A stretch of 64,000 bases of DNA, taken from positions 478,638 to 542,637 of the forward strand of contig JAZDKJ010000006.1 of NCBI GenBank assembly GCA_043803105.1. The letters run 5' to 3'. The position numbers were made by a program, and so were the translations under genes. Shown in pieces: positions 57,519 through 64,000 of this stretch; position 1 is the stretch's first letter; every line of letters starts with the position of its first letter. The notes under the pieces are model-generated. The model saw only the letters and a list, made by a program, of their open reading frames with translations. It was not told where the DNA came from and did no database searches. This stretch comes from Candidatus Woesearchaeota archaeon. GTDB taxonomy: Archaea > Nanobdellota > Nanobdellia > Woesearchaeales > JAZDKJ01.

Positions 57519-59012
57519 ATGAGACTTAAAGTCAAAACCATGGCAATTGCCACAGGCGGTATTCTCGTTGCTGTCATCAACCAGAAAGATGCTGAAAGGC
57601 TCGACCTGCATCCTATGGATAGGGTTAAGCTTCAGGTAGGAAATCAGTCAGAGACTGTTGTCTTGGACATATCACGAACAGATTATATTGTCGCGCAGGG
57701 TCAGATTGGCTTATACAAGGAGGTGACTGACAATCTGGCTGTGCACAATGGACAATCTGTGGATGTATTCCTGGCAAAAAAGCCAGTCTCGCTTGACTTC
57801 ATAAAAAAGAAACTGGATGGCCATATCCTTACCAGAGCAGAATTTGACCAGATCATCTGGGATATAGTCCATAATAGGCTGAATGATACAGAGCTAACTT
57901 ACTTTGTTGCTGCCTGTTATACCAATTCTCTCACAACAGAAGAGGTCATGAGCCTCACAAAGGCTATGACTGAACAGGGTGAGCGTCTGGTTTTGAACAG
58001 GTCTCCTGTGATGGATAAGCATTGTGTCGGAGGACTTGCTGGAAACAGGACCACTCCAATCATTGTTTCTATCGTAGCTGCTGCTGGCCTAACAATCCCT
58101 AAGACCAGCTCAAGGTCAATCACTAGCCCGGCAGGGACTGCTGATACCATGGAGGTTTTGGCAAATGTTAATGTTCCATTGCCAAGAATGAAGGAAATTG
58201 TTGAGAAGGCCAACGGCTGCGTTGTCTGGGGTGGTGCTCTGAACCTTGCGCCTTCTGATGACAAGATAATAAAAGTCGAAAGACCGCTATCTATTGACGC
58301 AGAAAGCCAATTGATTGCCAGTATACTAGCAAAAAAGCTCTCTGTTTCCAGCACCCATATACTTCTTGACATTCCTGTCGGAAAGGCTGCTAAGATTAAG
58401 CATAGGCACTCTGCAGAGATTTTGAAGAAACACTTTGAGCTTGCAGCAAAGAAACTTCGCATTCACGTCAAGGTCATTATCACTGATGGCTCCCAGCCTA
58501 TAGGCAATGGCATAGGGCCTTGCCTTGAAGCTAGAGATGTGCTTTTGATACTAAAGAATGACCCAAAGGGCCCTGCCGACCTTAGAGAAAAGTCTTTGAT
58601 GATGGCAGGTCTTCTTCTTGAGATGGGCAATAAGGCTGCAGAAGGCAAGGGTTATAAGCTTGCAAAAAAGATTCTGGAATCCGGCGCCGCTTACAAGAAG
58701 ATGAAGGAGATAATCCATCTGCAGGGAAAGCATGTGGACGAGCCAGATAAGGTTCAGATAAGCAACCACCTCTTTGTTGTTAAAGCAAGAAAGTCAGGAC
58801 GGGTTGTATCCATAGATAATGAGGCAGTTACTAGAATATCAAGGGTTGCTGGTGCTCCCCAATCACAGATTGCCGGCATGTTCCTCCACAAGCATGTTGG
58901 GGATTCTGTAAGGAAGAATGAGCCCTTGTTTACTGTTTACGCCAGCTGCAGCGAAAAGCTTTCTTATGCAAAGGAGCTGACAGAGTCCTCAGAGGTCATG
59001 GTCATCAATTGA
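57519..59012 (+). CDS. deoA: AMP phosphorylase (archaeal thymidine phosphorylase family)
   Basis: DKHCVGGLAGNRTT, KTSSRSITSPAGTAD, SILAKK, QPIGNGIGP.LEA, N-terminal extension. Confidence 0.92.
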   Translation: MRLKVKTMAIATGGILVAVINQKDAERLDLHPMDRVKLQVGNQSETVVLDISRTDYIVAQGQIGLYKEVTDNLAVHNGQSVDVFLAKKPVSLDFIKKKLDGHILTRAEFDQIIWDIVHNRLNDTELTYFVAACYTNSLTTEEVMSLTKAMTEQGERLVLNRSPVMDKHCVGGLAGNRTTPIIVSIVAAAGLTIPKTSSRSITSPAGTADTMEVLANVNVPLPRMKEIVEKANGCVVWGGALNLAPSDDKIIKVERPLSIDAESQLIASILAKKLSVSSTHILLDIPVGKAAKIKHRHSAEILKKHFELAAKKLRIHVKVIITDGSQPIGNGIGPCLEARDVLLILKNDPKGPADLREKSLMMAGLLLEMGNKAAEGKGYKLAKKILESGAAYKKMKEIIHLQGKHVDEPDKVQISNHLFVVKARKSGRVVSIDNEAVTRISRVAGAPQSQIAGMFLHKHVGDSVRKNEPLFTVYASCSEKLSYAKELTESSEVMVIN

Positions 59013-59061
59013 CGCAAGATTTATATAATCACCTTCCAAGAACCTTTCCGGGTGATGCCTG

Positions 59062-59541
59062 ATGAAGTTTGCTGAAAAGAGGTTTTCCTTTTATTGGCCA
59101 TGTATCAAGGTGCCGGTCATTGTGCTTGTGCTTCTCAGCATTGCAGGTTTCATTACAGCACGCTTTGACTATTCCTTTTACAAGAGTACGTTCTCAGCAA
59201 CCCTCACCGTTCTTGTTAGCATCTTTGTCTTCGCCTTTATTGGTTGGTGCATTGTCAAGGACTCCAAAGGGTCTGTGGCGCATGCTGCCTGGGCTGGTGC
59301 TCTTGCAGGTGCCATTGCAGGTTTCCTCGGTGCCATCATTGGTATATTAACTTATTATGCTGTCCCAGAACTTATTCAGGATGCCCTAAATAAGGTAATT
59401 TCGCAGGGTGTGCCTGGAACCACTGCCGGAAGCATTGTCAGGATTTCTATCTATGTTGGTCTTGTCACAGGCCCGCTGATCAATGGGATTATTGGTGCCA
59501 TCATATCGAGCATTTCTGGTCTGGTTGCAAAAAAACTCTAG
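59062..59541 (+). CDS. Membrane protein
   Basis: Four Gly/Ala-rich TM helices. Confidence 0.7.
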   Translation: MKFAEKRFSFYWPCIKVPVIVLVLLSIAGFITARFDYSFYKSTFSATLTVLVSIFVFAFIGWCIVKDSKGSVAHAAWAGALAGAIAGFLGAIIGILTYYAVPELIQDALNKVISQGVPGTTAGSIVRISIYVGLVTGPLINGIIGAIISSISGLVAKKL

Positions 59542-59611
59542 GAAAAGAAAAATATCATACTTTATCATACTTTCATAAGATTTAAATATTAGCTCATTCT
59601 CTGCACGACAA

Positions 59612-59986
59612 ATGAAAAACAGCAATAACCCTGGGAAAAAGACCGCAGTAACACATGAACTTCTCGATTGGTCTGCCAAAAGAGAGGCACATGGCATCAT
59701 TTGTCACGCAAATACCCTCGCCAGGATTGCATACCTTCACTACAGCCATCGAACAGGTTCAGAGACGCCACCAACTGAAGAATGCCTCGATTACTTGGTG
59801 AATGGCATAAAACCTATTCCTGAGGGCAAGGCTATACTTTCCTTTGTTTCACTTAATTTGGCCCTAATATCTGAAAGAACTTTGGCAGAACATCAGAGGA
59901 TTAAACCCGACTATGCACAACCCTCTGTTTTGCAGGACCTTCTAGAAAATGTTAATTCAGCCCTGGGACGCTATAATGGTCGTTAA
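59612..59986 (+). CDS. Hypothetical protein
   Basis: ORF with a TTTAAATA box. Confidence 0.5.
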   Translation: MKNSNNPGKKTAVTHELLDWSAKREAHGIICHANTLARIAYLHYSHRTGSETPPTEECLDYLVNGIKPIPEGKAILSFVSLNLALISERTLAEHQRIKPDYAQPSVLQDLLENVNSALGRYNGR

Positions 59987-59988
59987 GG

Positions 59989-60993
59989 TTACTTCTTCTT
60001 TCTCTTTTGTTCCACAACAACTCTTGTGTCTTTGTTGACCTGTACTTCCTTTATCTTTTGGTAAAGGGTGTCTTTCTTCTTCTTAAGAATTTCATACAGG
60101 CTGAACATCGTAATTAGCGCTCCTGCTATGGTTGACACCAGCACCAAGTTCTCCCGTATAATATTCAGGAAAGATCTCTTTATCACCTGCGCATTGTCGA
60201 GATAAGCTTTTTGGGCATCGTATTCTTCAGTCGCAAGAGTCACGCTCGCATTTGCTTGTTTTGCGTCTCCAACTATTATGCTTGATTCTGCGTTTCTGAG
60301 AAAGGTTTTCATATCTTCAAGGTTAACAGCTGATACATCGTAATTGGTGCTTTTTTTCTGGGCAAGTTCGTTTTCGAGCTCTTTGTTTTTATTCTTGAGG
60401 TTTGCCAGTTGTGCGGAAAGGGTCTCTATCGCTTGATTGTTCTTTTCCTCTTGCGCCTGCAATATAGCAATCCTTGCCTTGTCGCTTTGCGAATTTGGAT
60501 CAAGCACGCTTATGTCCTGATGGAATACCTTTTCGTTTATCCTGATCGTGAGTGTTGAGCCTCCCTCTTCCTTCACATATCCCATTACTATGATGTATGA
60601 TTTTTCGCCTGGCTTGAGTGAGTCTATCGGCACTGCGTCATACATTGAGAACCCTCTTCCTGTTATGAGCGCCATAATATTCTTTAGCTCAACATTTCCC
60701 GTGTTTTGCACCTGTATGTTGAACTGGATGTCTCCTATCTTGAACTGTCTTGGGACAACGCTTGTGACGTTGAAGTCTACCATAGGTACAAACTGTGCCG
60801 CTGCTGTTTGGTTTAGTTCAGGCATCACTACAGAGGCGTTTGGCAATGTGACGTTCTGTACTGGTATCTGGCTTGTAGTTAAATTTGTTGAGTTAGTGAG
60901 ATTACTTATCGTTGAATTGGTTGTATTGTTTGTCTCTGCCCTAACTGCAAGTGATAGCAATGCAATGCATATCACCAAAAAAAATGTTCTCAT
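59989..60993 (-). CDS. Surface protein: signal peptide, CARDB-like Ig domain, coiled coil, TM anchor
   Basis: N/T-rich linker, VQNTGNVELKNI...SLKPGEKS, C-terminal TM helix. Confidence 0.7.
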   Translation of the reverse strand: MRTFFLVICIALLSLAVRAETNNTTNSTISNLTNSTNLTTSQIPVQNVTLPNASVVMPELNQTAAAQFVPMVDFNVTSVVPRQFKIGDIQFNIQVQNTGNVELKNIMALITGRGFSMYDAVPIDSLKPGEKSYIIVMGYVKEEGGSTLTIRINEKVFHQDISVLDPNSQSDKARIAILQAQEEKNNQAIETLSAQLANLKNKNKELENELAQKKSTNYDVSAVNLEDMKTFLRNAESSIIVGDAKQANASVTLATEEYDAQKAYLDNAQVIKRSFLNIIRENLVLVSTIAGALITMFSLYEILKKKKDTLYQKIKEVQVNKDTRVVVEQKRKKK

Positions 60994-61095
60994 TTTGAGC
61001 CTCCATTTTGTAGCTGTGTGTGGACGAATAAACTTAAATTCACCACGAGTGCGTGAATATTTCGGGGTGATATATAAATGTTTCGCAAGAAAAAT

Positions 61096-62067
61096 CTAGT
61101 AATCAAGGAGTATCTTGAGCGTTTCAGGGTCTCCAAGTTTCTCCACAGGCCAGTTTGCTATTGCTGCCTTTAGCTTGGGTGAGACAGGCTCTTCAACTTG
61201 GTCAATTTTTTTTGAGCGTTCAAGCAGTTCCTCAAGGCTTCTGGCCTCCTTCACTTTACCTGATTGCCACACCTGCACAATTCCATTTTTTTTGTTTATC
61301 TCGTATATCTCCCTGTCAAGTTTTATTCCTTGGTCTTTTTCAGTGTCAAAATACCGCACTTTGTCAGGTAATCCAAGGTTCTTGGCATAAGCATATAACT
61401 CAATACTTGAAAGTTTTGGCATCGCTACCCAGCCAAACCAGTATGTTTCCGGTATGCTCGTTTTGTCCTTGTGTATTGTTACTGTTGCTGCATTTTCCGG
61501 TGGAAATATTTCAACAAACGACATTCCTTTTGAAAGGTAAGCTATATCTGCGTCTTTTGTTGCCTCGCCTGCTTTTTTTTGGCAGTATTCGGTGAAATCT
61601 GCGTAAATCCCTAGTATTTTCGGAACCTGCAGTCCGCTGTTCAATATTGCTATCTCCTCAAAGCCTTCGGACAGCACCACCCCAGCCCAGCTTTGTTGTT
61701 CTCCTTCCATGGTCCTTCCTGCACAGATGTCAAGCCTTCCCGGACATGTTTTTGCATCCAAGCTTCTTCTTGTTACAAGTATTGAGTGATTAACAGTTGT
61801 TTCCTTGCCTTTTGTGGTTCTATTTTCCACTACCTGGAGCAAGCCACCCTGGTAGCCACGTAAGAAAGAATTTGGTGAAGTTAGTGGAATTACTGCATTC
61901 CTCTTACTCTTTAGAGTTGAATATATCTGGTTCACGCTTGCCTGCAGGAATTTCTGGTCTGCCACCTTGGTTGAGGCCCCAAAATCCATTGATTCTCCAG
62001 AATGCCAGAAGTCTAGGGTCAGTTCCCCGTTTGCGACTAATGCATAAGCCTCCTTAAAGAGGTACAT
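61096..62067 (-). CDS. Divergent NUDIX-like protein
   Basis: LVTRRS..AK..PGRLDICAG......EGFEEI. Confidence 0.45.
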   Translation of the reverse strand: MYLFKEAYALVANGELTLDFWHSGESMDFGASTKVADQKFLQASVNQIYSTLKSKRNAVIPLTSPNSFLRGYQGGLLQVVENRTTKGKETTVNHSILVTRRSLDAKTCPGRLDICAGRTMEGEQQSWAGVVLSEGFEEIAILNSGLQVPKILGIYADFTEYCQKKAGEATKDADIAYLSKGMSFVEIFPPENAATVTIHKDKTSIPETYWFGWVAMPKLSSIELYAYAKNLGLPDKVRYFDTEKDQGIKLDREIYEINKKNGIVQVWQSGKVKEARSLEELLERSKKIDQVEEPVSPKLKAAIANWPVEKLGDPETLKILLDY

Positions 62068-62743
62068 TCTGCATCTCCATATTTCTTATTAGATATGGCA
62101 GTTCATAATGGCTTTGAATTGTGTCTACAGCCCCTGCCTTGATTAAGTCTTCCCTTGAAATTGTATTTGTTATTCCGATAGGCAATATTCCTGCCTCCCT
62201 TGCCAATTCCATGTCTGGTCTCTCATCACCTACAAAGACTATTGGCTGTGAATCTAGACCATAATTCTCTCGTATGAATCTTGTGTGTCCGATTCCCTTG
62301 TTGCCTGTCCTACTGCCTGACCCAAGCCTTTCGTTGAAAAACTCTTTTATTTTGTGCGTGTGGATTACAGCATCTAGTTCATTTTGTGGTACAGAGCTGG
62401 AGACATATACAATCCTCCCTTCCTCGCGAAGCTTTTTTACAGTGCTAATTGCCTCAGGAAAAAACTCTGCTTTCTTGGCAGCAAAGTAATTTCTTGCGCT
62501 TACCTGCCAGCTTAAACACGAATATTCATCTTTCGTAAGATTCCTGCCAATTGTAAACAAAGCAATCTCGTTGTAAAGGTCTTGTCTAGGTATGCCTGAA
62601 TGTTCTTGGTAAGCCCGCATGCTTTTTCCAATATCAGCTCCCAAAGCCTCATGAAAAACCAATGCACCATTCTTTATTTTGTCCTCAAGTGTATCAATTA
62701 ATGTTCCATCCCAATCAAAACCAACCGCCACTATTCTGTTCAT
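62054..62743 (-). CDS. HAD-superfamily phosphatase
   Basis: FDWDGTLIDT, VSSS, K, FVGD...D. Confidence 0.9.
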   Translation of the reverse strand: MNRIVAVGFDWDGTLIDTLEDKIKNGALVFHEALGADIGKSMRAYQEHSGIPRQDLYNEIALFTIGRNLTKDEYSCLSWQVSARNYFAAKKAEFFPEAISTVKKLREEGRIVYVSSSVPQNELDAVIHTHKIKEFFNERLGSGSRTGNKGIGHTRFIRENYGLDSQPIVFVGDERPDMELAREAGILPIGITNTISREDLIKAGAVDTIQSHYELPYLIRNMEMQNVPL

Positions 62744-62822
62744 GAGCCAGTGGATTTTCTTGAGCTTTATAAACGTTTTCGCTTTCAAAAATATTAAATA
62801 CCTCTTGAGCCTTTAACAAACT

Positions 62823-63740
62823 ATGTCGACCTGTGTAGGTTGTACTGGCTGGAGCTTTGCTGATTGGTATAAAAACAAATTTTATGATAGAAAGGAAGAG
62901 GAAAGATTCAAGGGCAAAGGTCTGAATTACCATTTGTGGAAATACTCAAAGTTCTTTGATTGCACTGAAGTCAACAGCTTCAACTACACCATCAGCATAG
63001 TCAACCCTCAGTCTCTGACTCCTGTTCATCCCAAGGCATTGTGGTGGTATAAGAAGCAGCTGGGACAAGCACAAAACGAGCATGGATTTTCCATGTTTGA
63101 AAGGATTGCTAAAATGACATTCAAGTGGGATGCCTCCACACCTGAAGGTTTTGTTTTCAGCACAAAGGTTCCTGGCATGATAACCCACGCAAAGTGTTTG
63201 CGCGACTGCTCCAGGGAGACAAGGCTATTTATTGAAGGCATCGGCCATGTTAAGAAAATAAAATTCCTGCTGTTTGAGTTTCCGAGCTATTTTACCAAGG
63301 AAAATTCCTTTGATGCTTTTAAGGACTATTTTTCCAAGGGTTCAAGCGATTATTCTATTGTTGTCGAGTTTCGCAGTAAGGATTGGTATAATCCGCAAAC
63401 ATTTGATTTTCTCAAGAAAAAAGGTATTACCCTGGCCCTTTCACAAGTGGATGATCCAGGCGTTGCTTCCTTCAAGGGTGATGATCGCACTACTGACCTT
63501 ACTTATGTCAGGATTATCGGGCAGCATGGCGTCTACGAAAGTTTTGACAGGATGAGGGAGAGCCCTCAGGTAAAACAACAACTGCAGAATTGGGCAGAGC
63601 TGGTTCAAAGCTCTGACAAATCGTTTGTTTTCATTAACAATAATTTTGCTGGCAACGCTCCAGAGACAGCCAACTATTTCAAGAAGATAATCGGTCAAAA
63701 GCCGAGAGAGTGGGCTTCAGGCCTTCAGCACTTCTTCTAG
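62823..63740 (+). CDS. DUF72 family protein
   Basis: GCTGWS, EVNSF, K...ITH, EFP, EFR, YVR..G, FINN. Confidence 0.9.
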   Translation: MSTCVGCTGWSFADWYKNKFYDRKEEERFKGKGLNYHLWKYSKFFDCTEVNSFNYTISIVNPQSLTPVHPKALWWYKKQLGQAQNEHGFSMFERIAKMTFKWDASTPEGFVFSTKVPGMITHAKCLRDCSRETRLFIEGIGHVKKIKFLLFEFPSYFTKENSFDAFKDYFSKGSSDYSIVVEFRSKDWYNPQTFDFLKKKGITLALSQVDDPGVASFKGDDRTTDLTYVRIIGQHGVYESFDRMRESPQVKQQLQNWAELVQSSDKSFVFINNNFAGNAPETANYFKKIIGQKPREWASGLQHFF

Positions 63741-64000
63741 TAATGGTATTCATCATAAGGAACAAATGTTCGAGCTAAATGGTGTTGACAAGAGAAATAC
63801 GCCGTGGCCCTGCCTTGTAGCCTCACTACAAAGCCGTAATAATCTGCTTCTAATTTAGAAGAAGTGTGTTGGGGCTTTTATATAAATCTTGTCAATTCTC
63901 GTCGGTTTTTGAAGAATTAGTCAATATAGAAAGGATCATTGGAACTGGCCTTCCTGCAGCCTTCATCTTTTGGGCAAATGCTATAAAATTTTCCCAATCT

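Noticed and set aside
57917-58462. Long antisense ORFs here and opposite the malic enzyme and CopA
   Set aside because: Codon-bias shadows of well-supported genes
59553-59576. TATCATACTT tandem repeat
   Set aside because: Two copies in AT-rich intergenic DNA; too weak to call

Overview
Archaeal DNA, most likely a DPANN lineage such as Woesearchaeota. This is inferred from TATA-type promoters, BHB-type tRNA introns, AMP phosphorylase, an archaeosortase and many ORFans. Layout: 1-7 kb is a surface/glycan locus. 6.7-13 kb and 18-21 kb are dense toxin-antitoxin clusters, with several toxins visibly decayed. 15.8-18.4 kb is a coiled-coil/LysM operon and 23.5-28.5 kb a copper-resistance operon. 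An 11.4-kb primase-helicase element with two tyrosine recombinases (31348-42704) is integrated into the last 14-nt exon of a tRNA-Leu(UAA) gene that carries three introns. The element has two mirror-image 4x ACTACA arrays inside its primase gene and a symmetric divergent promoter. 43-57 kb is ORFan-rich and contains tRNA-Thr(GGU), tRNA-Val(GAC), divergent RelA/SpoT-like hydrolase and synthetase genes, an MglA/Ras-like GTPase and a degenerate LAGLIDADG protein. All calls come from reading motifs by eye; no searches were run. Where a start differs from the supplied ORF track, I picked it from the sequence.
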